NCBI RefSeq assembly: GCF_009914755.1
Contig: NC_060947.1
Strand: one strand, 5' to 3'
Origin: the human T2T-CHM13v2.0 reference genome, Homo sapiens
Length of the DNA: 64,000 nucleotides
How positions within the stretch are numbered: the stretch's first letter is position 1; each line of letters opens with the position of its first letter. Positions 14,462-31,178 of the stretch are shown one piece after another. A program made the position numbers and the translations under genes. A model generated the notes under the pieces. The model made no database searches and had not been told where the DNA came from. It was given only the letters and a program-made list of their open reading frames with translations.

Positions 14462-17203
14462 GAATTCACCCTTTTAAAGTATACAGTTGATTGGTGTTTA
14501 TAGTATATTCACAGAGTTGTACAACCATCACTACTATCTAATTCCAGAATATTTTTATTACCCCCCCAAAAAAACCCCATACCCATTAGCAGTCCCTCCT
14601 CCTTTACCTGCCACTGCCCCCCGCCCCATCCGTTGACAACCATGAATCTACCATCTCCATATTTGCCTATTCTGAACATTTTATATAAATGGAATCATAC
14701 AATAGGTAGCCTTTTGTTCTGACTTCCTTCACTTAGCATAATGTTTTTGAGGTTTATCTACATTACAACATTGCATGGATGTATGATGCATTTTATTTAT
14801 CCATTCATTAATTGATGGACATTGTCTTTCTTTTTAGGGGAAGGTGGTTTGATAATAGTATGGGTATGCATTTTTTTGGTGCAATCTAAAACATTGACAA
14901 CTCAGAAATGTATGGACATTTCTGTAATTGGATAGTACACATCCATGTAATGTGGGTTAAGAGAGCATGTTTCACTTTTATTAGACATAGTAGGCATGTC
15001 AATTACAGAATTCCTTATGGTAAATGGTAGAGGCACGCACAGGATGGTTAAGAGTGTCGAGGAAGGGGGTTCAGTTGGAGATGTCCAGTAGGTGTTCGGG
15101 AGGAGGTGAGGTCTAGCTGCATCCACACGGCTGACTAGGAGTTAGACAGGTAAAGGGCCAGGGATTTGAATGTGAACAAGGTAAAACACGAAGTCATATA
15201 GTAAATATCTTACTGGAGGATCAAGTGTGAGGTATAACCACCTCAATTTTCATTCGTAAGCCCAGCTGACACTGTTAGTGGAGAGGGATCATAGCAGCAT
15301 CCATCCCAGCTTGTCCAAGGCCTTCCTCCCCACCTCACCCACAGCCCTTCTCCCATTGCATCCAGTTAGCTTTCTGGACTCCTTATCTGACCAGGTCACC
15401 CACTGCTGAAGCTATTTCAGAGGGTCCCCATCATTCCTAGAGTACAGGCAGAAATCCTTTCCATGGCTTCTACTCGCCTCCCTGCTCCTGGGCCTCTTCC
15501 TTCAGTCTTGTCTTTGTAGCATACTCTTCACTCTCTAGCCTCCGGGTGCTCAGGCCTACCTTGAGTTCTCCCAGTTCATGCCAGGGCCAGGCTTCTTTGG
15601 CAGGGCTTTGGCATGGATTGGTTCCACTTTCTGGTTCCTGCTCCCTCCTCTTTTCTCATAGTTTTCTCTTTCTCCTGCTGAGCTTAGCCTGTGGTCAAAC
15701 CTACTTCCCCTGGGTCAAATCTCCCTCCAGCAGAATCAGACTTTAGTGAGGGCTGTGTTCTCATGGCAGCACGTGGCTAAAATGATCATGGAGACATTGC
15801 TTTGGAACACATCACACTAGAAACCGATGTACAGTCTCTCATTAACACAGTGTAACACAGCCTAGTTTACCTCTGATATTAGAAGTTACCTCTTTTTCCT
15901 TAACTGTAGCTCAGCAAGTGAAATAGTTGGCCTGTGTTACAGGATCATGTTTGCATGTAAATTAAGTCCCCCAGGTGGCTGGACTCTCATGGACTCAGGC
16001 AACTCCGTAAGATAGTGGCATGGGGAATCTGAGTGTGATTGAGAGAGCCCCAGGTTTACACATTGTGTGTCTCACTCACTGAGGGAGATGGTGGGCAGAA
16101 TCCCTTGCACTATTTTAAGGTGTTCTTCGATTTTTGGTTGAGTGTGAATAGTTGTACTTTGTACCATATACCTCTCATTTTGTGAGGTACAGTTGTGACT
16201 TAAATGCATTTTTGTGTGGATGTCACAAACTTGGGACTGTATGTGTGGCTTGTATCCTCAGGGTCTGGCTCATAGTAGGCACTCACTAAATACTTATTGA
16301 AAAATTCCTTTCCCAATCGTTCTACCAAATGGTAAGCTTCTGCAAAATTTGACTCATTTCATGTAAAACATTTTTTAAACTACTTAAACTCTAATAAAGC
16401 ATAGACACTCACATGTGCTTTATGCTACATGTCAGTAAGATTGGAGATTACTAGTTCTGTCAGGTTAACCTTGCTCTTGAGCAGATTTTGAAATAAAGCA
16501 AGTGGTTGAAAGATTCTTACCATTTGCAATTGCTTATTTTCATTCTACCTGCAGCAACAACAGTAGAATCTCAGAAACAGATGCATAGGCAGCTGGGATT
16601 GACGTAGCCTAGTGGGTTAAGTGCCTGGGCTTTAGAGTCAGTCGGCCATGTTCATATCTTACTCCCACCTTTTACTAGGTGTGTGACCTTGAGCGTGTAT
16701 GTAACCTCTCTGAGTCAGTATCGTCATGTGTAATAGGTACTAAGAAACTTGTGAGGAATAAACACAGTGTTGTAGCTTGCATACCATACTGGGCTCAAGG
16801 CTAGCTGCTGTTGTTGTTGTTTCATCTTCAACCCCAAATGTCAGGATTTTGAAGTCTCATTTTATTATTGATTGAATTTATAAGTTAAGGACTGCTGTAT
16901 GTAAGTCCCACAAAAATGCCCTTTGCTTTAAAAAGTGGTTGGTGGGGAGAGTGGTTGAAACCTTTGGTTCAGACCAATAGAGGCTAGTACTTTAGCACAG
17001 TTCCACATAGTGATCACTGGGAGACCTTGACATTGAATTTGATCTGTAGGACTAGGATCCTTCAGCTTCCTAATGTAGGCCTGTATCATCCTCTAATTTG
17101 TTCTGCCTGTTGCCCTTACTGAAGGTTGATGTAAGACATGACCATAGAAAGAACCTGTCTGTAAAACTGCCAGTGAAGACTTCTTCATGTATTCATTTCA
17201 CAG

Positions 17204-17292
17204 ACACTCTTGCACTCCTGTAATGAGCCTGGCACTGTGATGAAACACTTTTCCCGTGTCGTTTGAGTGCATCTTCTCAACAACCCTAGGAG
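17204..17292 (+). other. RAB9A: RAB9A exon 2 (5' UTR, 89 nt)
   Basis: Acceptor ttcatttcacag|ACACTC and donor GAG|gtaggt; sequence matches my recollection of the RAB9A mRNA leader. Confidence 0.8.
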
Positions 17293-17997
17293 GTAGGTAC
17301 TGTTGTCACTGTTGTTCCCATGAGGCTTCAGGATGTTAAATTGCTCGTCCATGGGGCTGTGCTCATGGCATTTGGTGCCAGGAAGAAGTTTTCTTTTCTG
17401 ACAGTGTGCTTTGATTTGCACAGAAACAAGAGCGTTTTCATTTTTGCCTTGGCTGCCCTGTAGGTGGGCTACCTTGAGCCTTAGCTTGACCTTTCCTATA
17501 TCACGTTGGTGCCCCTCCCTCACATGGCCCTTTTCTGTCTTCCCTTTTGTGTTATCTTTATTTTATTCTCTGGAATATGACTCATTCTGAGCCACCGAAA
17601 ATTTGGGCAAGTTTTGAAGAATGAATGAAATATTACACATTTCCTCTTGATATAATTTCATAGCTATCTCTGAATATAAAACTTAGAAAAGAAGATGGGT
17701 AGATGAAAAACTTTTTGAAAAATGCAATGATTAAAGTAGAATATTGATTGTATGACTTTTTTGGGCTGAGAAAGGTCATGGATAGTATTCAGGTTTTTAA
17801 GTTAAGAATCTGGCTGTTAATAGAAGTCAGATACTGTACTTTAACATTTTAATTCTTCATTTTACTCTTAAAATTATGAAAACATACACTGCTAAGGTGA
17901 GCTTTCTAACTTTTTTATGTAGATAATGATGCTTGAATTGAACAATTAAATTAAGGTAAAATTTATGACCTATGTAATATGCTTTTCTTATATAGAT

Positions 17998-18309
17998 TTC
18001 TTTCTTTCTTTTTTTTTTTTTTTAGATAGAGTCTAGCTCTGTCCCCCAGGCTAGAGTGCAGTGGTGCAATCTTGGCTCACTGCAACCTCCACCTCTCAGG
18101 TTCAAGCAATTCTCATGCCTCCGCCTCCTGAGTAGCTGGGATTACAGGCATGTGCTACCACGCCCGGCTAATTTTTGTATTTTTAGCAGAGATGAGATGA
18201 GGTCTCACCATGTTGGCCAGGCTGGTCTCGAACTCCTGACCTCAAGTGATCTGTCCGCCCCAGCCTCCCAAAGTGCTGGGATTACAGGCATGAGCCACTG
18301 TGCCTGGCC
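17998..18309 (-). mobile_element. Alu (AluS-like)
   Basis: Reverse Alu with poly-T; degenerate TSD around agatttctt. Confidence 0.9.
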
Positions 18310-19788
18310 CCTTATTCAGATTTCTTTATAGAATTTAGCAGAATTACTAATGTTTAACCTTGGTGAAAATTGCCTTTGGACAGTCATTTTAAACTGTGAA
18401 GTATAAGAGACTTCACGTTACCTTTTTAGGCAAATTTTGAAAATAACGTAGTAGGATCCCTTTATTTATTTAACTTATACTAAAGAAATTTCAAAGGATT
18501 TTACTGTTTTTAAAGAAAAAATAATATTTTTAATGTCCATAAGCTGATTGTGGTTATATTAATGTATAGATCAAATGAAACTGGCTTTTGTTAGATGTCA
18601 CTGGTAAATAAGATGGTGTGTACAATGATTTATATCACCATGTGTGTTTTTATACAACTCTAGAGTTAGAGAGATATTCATGTAGAAATTAATTATTTTA
18701 GCAAATGCAAATATATTCCCAAATAGGAATATCTGGTAGGCCTCAAACTGTAGATGGGAAATGTAAAAAATTGTACCCTATACTCTGTTTCCTGGTGGGC
18801 TGGCATACCCCAAATTCATTTGGTCAGAATGAGACAAACTAAGAAGTCCCACATTATTATGAAAAAAGAACTGTCAAAGTGTCTTGGAAAAATTACAAAT
18901 TACCACTTTCAAGGAATTTCTACAACTTAATTTAGTAGATATATGCAACCAATAGTCTGGATGGGGTTTGTTAGATTGCATGATCTGGCTTATAATTTGA
19001 TATAAAGATGCTAAAAATTCAGTGATGTACAGTAAAACTTTGTGTCTGGTAAGGCTGTTAGATCAGTAGAGACTTATTAAAATACTGGAATAAATTATGT
19101 CTGTTGTACTCTCATAACACAACATGGAAATTGTGTGAAAGGAACAACATTGGGAGAGTTGCTGGGGCAGGGTTCCCAGTGGAGGTGACGACCATGCTAA
19201 GCAGTTCTGAAGGCACAGCGGTTCATTGGGGGGGTCACCAGCAAGGAGCAGCATATGCCAGGGTGGAGGCAAGAGGGTGTGGGGTGTGCTGAGTGAGTGG
19301 AATTGAATTTTAGTTCCGGGTGATGGTGCATTCAGAATGACTGAAGCAGAGACTGTGAGGGGAAGGTGGCTAGAGTGAGGCTGGCCAAGAGCAGGGGCCA
19401 GGTGTCTTGCCTTAGAAGTTGGACTTAGTCCTGGATCTCTGGGAAACAACCCGCTGAAGAATTCTGAGGAGACATTAGATAGATGGTTCCCCTATGTCAA
19501 AATAGTTGGTTTGCTTTTATGGTTTTCAATCTTTTCTTTTTAAGTTGTTGAAGCAAGATGCCAAAGAATTAAAGCAGCCAATTTAGCACATTGTTACCTA
19601 TGTCAGGAAAGTAAGGGGCTTGGGACTGTTGCAGTTTCCTCTTTAACATTAATAGTCTGGATATTGAGCAATACATTTGAAATTGAAAAAGTCTCTCAAA
19701 AGGTATGCACCTTAACTGCCACACACTTGTGTTGGACAGTTTAAATTGTATTAATATTAATTATAGTAGTAATTACTGTAGTATTAAT

Positions 19789-20091
19789 TTGTTTTGTTTT
19801 TTGAGATGGAGTCTTGCTTTGTCACCTAGGCTGGAGTGCAGTGGTGCAATCTCAGCTCACGGCAACCTACGCCTCCCAGGTTCAAGGGATTCTCCTGCCT
19901 CAGCCTAGTACCTGGGACTACAGGCGCTTGCCACCACGTCCAGCTAATTTTTTTTTTTTTTTTGTATTTTTAGTAGAGACGGGGTTTCACCATGTTGGCC
20001 AGGCTGGTCTCGAACTCCTGACCTCAAGTGACCTGCCCGCCTCAGCCTCCCCAAGTGCTGGGATTACAGGTGTGAGCCATCGTGCCTGGCC
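19789..20091 (-). mobile_element. Alu (AluS-like)
   Basis: Reverse Alu body. Confidence 0.9.
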
Positions 20092-20449
20092 TGTAGTAGT
20101 AATTTGAAAGAACCAGTAAGAGGTAGGGACTAAGGTATGTCCCATCATTTTTTAATAGTATTTCCCATTCACTTGATTTCTCACTATACAAGCCACTACA
20201 AGGTTTTTATCAGAACAGTGGAGCATGTGGCTAGAAGTGCAGAATTCCTACATGTTACAGTAAGTGTTCAATTACACTATAGTTGCTCACATTGCATATA
20301 ACCAGGAGACAGCCAGATAATGTTTACTGCAGTGATTTTACAAATTCATCCTGGTCAATATAACAATTATTGTTCATGTCTTTATTGCCTTCCCATGGAG
20401 GGATTCATAATACCTACTTTCCTATTAAGGTTATTGACCAAATTTGCTC

Positions 20450-20635
20450 TAGATCTGTGCTCTCCAATTGGCTCATTAAATGTGGCTATTTATTTAAAAT
20501 TGAATAAAATTTAAAATGCGGTTTTTCACTTCCATCAGCCTCATGTCAAGTGTTCCACAGTCACATGCGGCTAAGTGGCTGCTATATTGGACATTTCCAT
20601 TGTTGCATAAAATTCTCTTGTACAGTGCTGCTCTA
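20450..20635. mobile_element. MER3-like DNA transposon
   Basis: Same motif family as 11313-11520 (cacatgcggctaagtggctgctatattggaca). Confidence 0.6.
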
Positions 20636-21432
20636 ATAGTTATCTTCTTATATACATTTTAGTATACTTAAAAACCATTTAATACTAAAGTACAGATTAA
20701 ATGATATAATCTGATTCGAAATAACTGGGGAGAAGGGAGAGTTGGAGGGGTTATGGAGGAAACAAGATTTGCCATAAGTTGATAATTGTGAAGCTGGGTT
20801 TAGAGTTCATGGGAGCTCATTGTATTGTACTCATTATATAGAAATTTTGTACATGTTTTACATTTTTCACAATAAAAATGTAAGCAGAAGGATTAACCAG
20901 GAACTGTGCTCCCACCAGCACCTAGAAGTAGCTGTCTGTCAACGGGCATCTGAAATCTCACCCCCCACAGGCTGGCTCTTGTAGTGTAGTAAAGTTTTTA
21001 ATCCTGCCACAGGACTTCTAAAGAACACATATAGTACCACATTTTCATTTAAGGTTTATTTCATTCTACCTGAAAACACACAAGTAGCAGCAGTCTCATG
21101 TTCCTTAAGTGTTTGAACTGCCCAAGTGAATCTTGTGGATAGAATGTGCTAGATTATATTAAAAATTCCATTGCTGCTGACATTAATTTGAACAAATTCA
21201 AAATAATGTTCTTAGTGAAGAGAATAAAGTCCATTTACTCAGTGGTTGGTTCATACTTTATTTCACAGCCAGGTAAGTCAGTTTCTGTCTCTGGCTTTCC
21301 TGGTTAACAGCACCTGTGTCTGAAGAGAGGTGGAGGGAGTAGTAGAGAAAGTCCCTGGTAGGAGAGAGGCCTTAAGTGAACACCATCACTGTGCACTGAA
21401 GGGCTGTTTGAAGTTGTTAAGAGAAACATGTG

Positions 21433-21753
21433 GGCTGGGCATGGTGTCTCACGCCTGTAGTCCCAGCACTTTGGGAGGCCAAGACAGGTGGATTGCTTGG
21501 GCCCAGGAGTTTGAAGCCAGCCTGGGCAACGTGGTTGAGACCCTGTCTCTACAAAAAAATAGAAAAATTAGCAAGGCATGGTGGTGTGCACCTGTGATTT
21601 CAGCTACTTGGGAGGCTGAGGTGGGAGGATTGCTTGAGCCTGGGAGTTCAAGGCTGCAGTAAGCCAAGATGGTCCCATGCACTCCAACCTGGGTGACAGC
21701 GAGATCCTGTCTCAAAAAAAAAAAAAACAAAACCAAAACAACAACAACAACAA
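21433..21753 (+). mobile_element. Alu (AluJ-like) with (CAA)n-derived tail
   Basis: Dimeric Alu; tail decays into CAA repeats; TSD AACATG(T/C)G. Confidence 0.9.
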
Positions 21754-22142
21754 CATGCGAACTTTGGTCTCCTACCCATCTCTAACAAATGGTGGGGCTT
21801 ACTATGAGCAGAGAGGGGCTTATCATAGAGTAACGGTTCAGAGCAAGGGCTTTGGGGTCAGACTTGGGCTTGAGTGCCAGCTTCACAGTCAACTGTGACC
21901 TGAGAAAAGGGAAGAGTGAGCCCTTCCCAGCTGTTTCAGAGAATAATGGTAGAATAGTAGCCTGCACATGGCTAAGTGCTCAGTAAACAACAAGTCTTAT
22001 TATTAGGTATTCCCTGGGGCCATATGTTTTATTTCAGCTAAATGCTGATATTCGTAGAATCATGTAGAAGAATGTGTAGGTATAAAGGAATGTAATGGTG
22101 CCTTTTTATTTTACAGGGTTCTTGAAGCTTTTGAGATTAACA

Positions 22143-22748
22143 ATGGCAGGAAAATCATCACTTTTTAAAGTAATTCTCCTTGGAGATGGTGGAGTTGGGA
22201 AGAGTTCACTTATGAACAGATATGTAACTAATAAGTTTGATACCCAGCTCTTCCATACAATAGGTGTGGAATTTTTAAATAAAGATTTGGAAGTGGATGG
22301 ACATTTTGTTACCATGCAGATTTGGGACACGGCAGGTCAGGAGCGATTCCGAAGCCTGAGGACACCATTTTACAGAGGTTCTGACTGCTGCCTGCTTACT
22401 TTTAGTGTCGATGATTCACAAAGCTTCCAGAACTTAAGTAACTGGAAGAAAGAATTCATATATTATGCAGATGTGAAAGAGCCTGAGAGCTTTCCTTTTG
22501 TGATTCTGGGTAACAAGATTGACATAAGCGAACGGCAGGTGTCTACAGAAGAAGCCCAAGCTTGGTGCAGGGACAACGGCGACTATCCTTATTTTGAAAC
22601 AAGTGCAAAAGATGCCACAAATGTGGCAGCAGCCTTTGAGGAAGCGGTTCGAAGAGTTCTTGCTACCGAGGATAGGTCAGATCATTTGATTCAGACAGAC
22701 ACAGTCAATCTTCACCGAAAGCCCAAGCCTAGCTCATCTTGCTGTTGA
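22143..22748 (+). CDS. RAB9A: Ras-related protein Rab-9A, 201 aa, entire CDS in exon 3 (exon starts at 22117)
   Basis: MAGKSSLFKVILLGDGGVGKS (P-loop), WDTAGQE, NKID, ETSAK and C-terminal CC prenylation motif; acceptor ttttacag|G at 22116/22117, so the ORF-track start at 22095 is intronic. Confidence 0.98.
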   Translation: MAGKSSLFKVILLGDGGVGKSSLMNRYVTNKFDTQLFHTIGVEFLNKDLEVDGHFVTMQIWDTAGQERFRSLRTPFYRGSDCCLLTFSVDDSQSFQNLSNWKKEFIYYADVKEPESFPFVILGNKIDISERQVSTEEAQAWCRDNGDYPYFETSAKDATNVAAAFEEAVRRVLATEDRSDHLIQTDTVNLHRKPKPSSSCC

Positions 22749-22849
22749 TTGTTAGATTGTTGATGCATTCTAACCAACTCACACATATACACAAAATCAA
22801 CATGGGGATGGAGAAGAGAATTAGCGTTTGCAGCAGTGTATCATCTACT

Positions 22850-23204
22850 AATAAAATTAAACTAATGTTGCTGCTTCATTAGTTGGTGGGAGAAGGGACA
22901 CATCCACTCTTGGAGGAATATATTTACTCAATAATGGCACCTTACATTTATAAATTGTAACAGTTGTCTAATAACGTTTCTTTAATTTAAATATGTAAGT
23001 TGCAGAGCTAATAAATGAAATGACCAAGACTTTAATTATAATAAAAATAAGAAACTTGACTATTCTAGAAGTTATACTTGGATTTTTTCCTGGGAAAATG
23101 GAGAACTACTTTTTATATGTGTATGTTTTTATGCAATTAGCATTGTATTCTTGGTTCAGGGAAATACTTTCCTAAAGCAATAATGTTAGATATTAAAGAT
23201 TAAA
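22850..23204 (+). terminator. RAB9A: RAB9A polyadenylation signal cluster
   Basis: AATAAA at 22850, 23010 and 23040; ATTAAA at 23192 and 23199, in an AU-rich 3' UTR. Confidence 0.65.
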
Positions 23205-23471
23205 ATCTAATGTATTTGCAATGCATTGTTAATTTACTTCTTCATTCTCTTCAAAATGATTTAACCATTCCTGTTTTCATTCTACATACTAGAATTACTC
23301 TCACTAGTAATTACTCATCATTTGTGTGCCATTCATGCACCCCCACCCCCATAAATCATGTTCCACAGTCTCAGGCGGAGGGTGGGCCCCCAGTGGTACA
23401 AGAGTTGCTTCATACAGTCTGTAATACATCCAGCTAAATTCAAGTTGTCTATGAATGGAAAGCCTTTCCAT

Positions 23472-24528
<1,057 letters not shown>

Positions 24529-25655
24529 ACTATTACTTGTCTTAGAAGAAAACCTTTTTATATTTCTGTACAAACTTTTCATTTTAATATTGTGACACCA
24601 CCATGCAAGTTCTCACACAATATCCGTGTCTTGTAGAGTAGTGAAGTGTTTGTTAAGTAGAAAAACACACCAGTGTGGTACCCAGTGAAAGGTGGTGTCT
24701 GGAGAGTCAGTGGTTTCTGGAACTCTGGACTGTCAACCAGAAAGTGTTGAAGTGACTGAAAAATTAAAGCGCATGGGTAATAGCATGGGCAGAGCAGAGA
24801 CTGAGACGATCTATGTCCATGCCAAAGGAAGCATCCTAGTAAGTTTCTGGCTATGGCAAGATGACAAAACTCGGTGTACGTTTTATCTGGATCACTTTTG
24901 GAGCACTAAAGCAGATAACCAACTTTGTGCTAACATACATGTGCTCAGGAGAGCCTGATTTTAAGACTGACTTCACCCCATTGCTCTTGTGTTCCAGAAC
25001 CTTCAAGGAACATCACCTACCAGATCCAAGCTTTGCCAGCTTAGCTTTCCTCATGATCAGCTCCTATCTATCTATCAATCAATCAGCTGTCAGTTCCACC
25101 CATGTGCCCAAGTGCTCTTCACACCTTCACACCTGCAATGCTTTCCTGTGCAGCCTACCTTGGAGGTCCCACTCAATGCTCCACTTCCCTTCCAGCTCCT
25201 TTGAAGACTCAGTCACACATGAAATTTGGCATTTAACTTTAGTAATATACTCACAAGTGTGTTACTAGTGCCTACCTCACCTTCACCAGCCTGGAGAAAA
25301 GGCTATTTTCAGGGTACCACTGTTGTGCAGCTGAGCCAAGTCTTCCTGCTCTCAATCAATCACCCTGCTGCTCTTGGCTGCCCTGCATCACAGCCCTCTG
25401 GATGATATGCTCATTGAGGGAGGGGCCAACTATATACAAAAAAATACACGTTTGCTGAAATTACTCCTAGATTTCTAGATGAGTATGTAAATTTTTCTGC
25501 TCCCAAAGCTCTGGCATCTAGTTTGAGTCAATCTGAGCTCTATAACAGGTGAAGACATCATATTAGTTTGCAGACTAGACTATCAATAGGAGAAATAGGA
25601 CGAAAGCAGCACTTTAAAAATGGATATTAAACTACCACGATCTTGAGCAAACATC

Positions 25656-25661
25656 TTTATT
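25656..25661 (-). terminator. TRAPPC2: TRAPPC2 distal poly(A) signal
   Basis: AATAAA on the - strand ~2.15 kb downstream of the TRAPPC2 stop, followed by GU/U-rich sequence. Confidence 0.65.
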
Positions 25662-26358
25662 TAAGAAATCAAATAGGGTAAAAATTATGCAATTTCACAC
25701 AAGGATACAAGACAAAGCTTAGAATTACTTGCTCAAAAGTTACTCAGAATGGAACAAAATTGTTCAAGTGCTCCCAATTAGCACAGGCTGTATTACTTGC
25801 TTTTCAATGGACATTTACTATTTTACATTAAGATCTACTTATAGGAACAAAGAGACAATTCCCAGCCCCCTCTGGTGTATCACCTAAAAGACTGAATACA
25901 AATGTTAATGTAATCCAAGCTTTTCTTTGACAACAATACTAAAAATTGCCTTACAATTTTTTACAAGTACGAGTATCAACAGTTTACTGTCTGAGGGAAA
26001 GGAAATATAAGAATATAAAGTGACAGAAGCAACACACTTCACTGTGGCCTGCAACTGCTCCCAGCCTCCTATTTTATAAACATGATTTGGGTTCTCACAT
26101 TATAGCAGGATCACTATTCCTAGCCTCTGGTGGAAGCAGACATGTGACACTTAGCACTGCACAAGTGTTTCTTTGGCTTCTTGAGTAGTGCTGTGTATAC
26201 TGCCTATACATTTTTATAACATCTCTAAATGCATAATGTCAACGTATGTGCTATCACATTTCACTCCCAACTGCAGAATATTTTAATTTTAAATTTATCT
26301 ACCAAATCTTGACTATGACATTTATTTTTGGGTTGTTACATTAAGATCAACCTATCTG

Positions 26359-26517
26359 GGCCGGGCACGGTGGCTCACACCTGTAATCCCAGCACTTTGG
26401 GAGGCTGAGGCAGGAGAATTGCTTGAAGTCAGGAGGCAGAGGTTACGGTGAAACAACTGCCATTGCACTCCAGCCTGGACAACAGAGCGAAACTCCATCT
26501 CAAAAAAAAAAAAAAAA
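26359..26517 (+). mobile_element. Monomer-length Alu (left-arm start fused to right-arm end)
   Basis: ggccgggcacggtggc...ctttgggaggctgaggcaggagaattgc...; perfect 16-bp TSD AAGATCAACCTATCTG at 26343-26358 and 26523-26538. Confidence 0.88.
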
Positions 26518-26552
26518 CCCCAAAGATCAACCTATCTGAATTGGGTAAGTCA

Positions 26553-27630
<1,078 letters not shown>

Positions 27631-27790
27631 CTATTGATACGTGACATGAGACAGAATGTACTATTTTTAAATATAAAAGGAATTTCATTAGGTTTAGATA
27701 AGCTGAGAATACACAAAAGTTTTCCAGGCTATTTAATCAAGTAACTTACAATGTACACATTCCTGAGTATACACCATTGTGGTGACATCA

Positions 27791-27796
27791 TTTATT
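27791..27796 (-). terminator. TRAPPC2: TRAPPC2 proximal poly(A) signal
   Basis: AATAAA on the - strand starting 17 nt after the TGA; ATTAAA also at 27732-27737. Confidence 0.55.
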
Positions 27797-27812
27797 TTGG
27801 AATTTTCTGCAT

Positions 27813-27911
<99 letters not shown>

Positions 27912-28586
27912 CTAGGAAAGAAGAAAGTATTAGTGAAGCAAAAAAGCTGACAAATCTTAAGTTTCTGAAAGGAAATCATTTTAAAGTTTTAAATTAAAAA
28001 CCAAAGACATTCCAAAGTCTAAAGACCACATTTTTAAGTTTTATTGAAAATGCTGCATTGTTAATAACATCCTCTTAAGGAAATTTTTATTTTGGTGTTT
28101 TGGTTTTGAGAAGTATCTGTGGCAAAACTAATGGCAGTATGATAAATGTTGCCTGTGTCAGTTAACTTTCAGAATTTACCCTGTGTGTGAAATACTCATA
28201 TTCATTATAAATAAATGGATTAATCTCTATGGCCCTTTGGCTACATAAAACAAAAAAATCTGCCATGTGCTCAGAGTTCAGAAAAAGCTATTCTTGTGTG
28301 GTAATCTTTTAACAATCAGGTTTTTAATACTCTCCTTTAACACAAGACTGCTAAATGATCAGCTTCTCAAATTAGTGTATCATAACGCATGACAGAAAAT
28401 CATTAAATGGAATCACTAATGAGGAAAGGCATTGCTGATTTTTATACCTTAATCACTTGACATTGTTCATCTTTATAAGAGGGCTAAATATTACTTACTA
28501 CCTCTGACTAGGAATACTGTTAAATTGTATTACTGTGCTGATATGCAAGAAATTCTGTCCAAATACAGAACTTATTTAAATTATTA

Positions 28587-28934
<348 letters not shown>

Positions 28935-29394
28935 TTATTTTTCAAAATCAAGAAATGCAAGTGGCGCCATTCTTCTTGAGTGGCTATTTGATCATATAAA
29001 AATCACTTCCTGCCAGTTTATGATCTCTATTGCACTGTAACTTATTTGTAAAGTAGATGGAAACATTTTAGATTAAATTATGAAGTAATTTTCCCTTATA
29101 TAGGCTGCTTTCTTGCTGTCTTTAGGGATCCCTAATAAAATCAGCTATGAGGACAACAAGGTGAAGAATGAAACCAATTTACCTTCACAATCATCTAAAG
29201 GTAACTACCATGAAGTTGTGTTCCTAAATACATATTCACCTGGCTGTGAAGACTTACCTGCGGAGGGAGTTGCCAGAGATAGTTCTGATGGGGGAAAGCT
29301 AGTCTGAAAGGTAAACTGCAGCCTAAGGGAGTTACTTCAATAGGCCAGTTTCCTGACAAAGGTCGAATCCTTTCTCATCAGAATTTAAAAATTA

Positions 29395-30084
<690 letters not shown>

Positions 30085-30439
30085 CTAGATGACAGTGTGA
30101 GCAACCACAGATTAACATTTGCATATGGCATCGAGAATGCTGACATTTCATTCTGTAAATTCTATAGATGGTTTTCTTGTGGGGAAAAAACAGTTTGCTT
30201 TTATACTTTGTTTGTTATTGTCATGAGACTTATAAAAGATCTGTTTTCATATTATATTCTATTTTTAAATTTGATATCTACATCTCAACAGAAACAGCCA
30301 ATTAATAAATGAAATGTGTATATAGAGGATTTATACAAAATCATTTATTGAAAATCTTTTTCATATAAATTTTTTTTCATGTTTCAAGAAGGAAGTTACC
30401 GAATTCTGTAACCATCTAAACATGTAAAAAAAGGATACT

Positions 30440-30471
<32 letters not shown>

Positions 30472-30814
30472 CAAGATCCTGTGGAGAAGAGGTGCCATTC
30501 ACACTAGGCCTCAAGGTCTGGGAGGAAACTGAGAGGGCGGGGCTTCCTGCACAGTGGCACCAGGTAAGCAGTAGAGACAGTTGAAATGGCGCTTATAACG
30601 GCCTGCCAGAGGCCTCTTTCCAGTGCATGGAGCTTACATGACAGCGGGACCTAGGAGTAGTGGGAGGTGATGCTCAGCCCCAGCTGTGAGCAGTCGCCTG
30701 TGTCAATAGCAGGACACAGTCCTGTCAGAGCTGGGAGTGTCCTTTTCCTGGGCTGAAATGGCTTAAGTGAACAGAAGGTGGGACTGTCTGACCATAATGT
30801 GAAGACGGAATTCA

Positions 30815-31166
<352 letters not shown>

Positions 31167-31178
31167 TCAAAGAATACC

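Noticed and set aside
22095-22142. 16-aa N-terminal extension of RAB9A in the ORF track (217 aa)
   Set aside because: The ATG at 22095 lies upstream of the exon 3 acceptor (22117), in the intron's pyrimidine tract region
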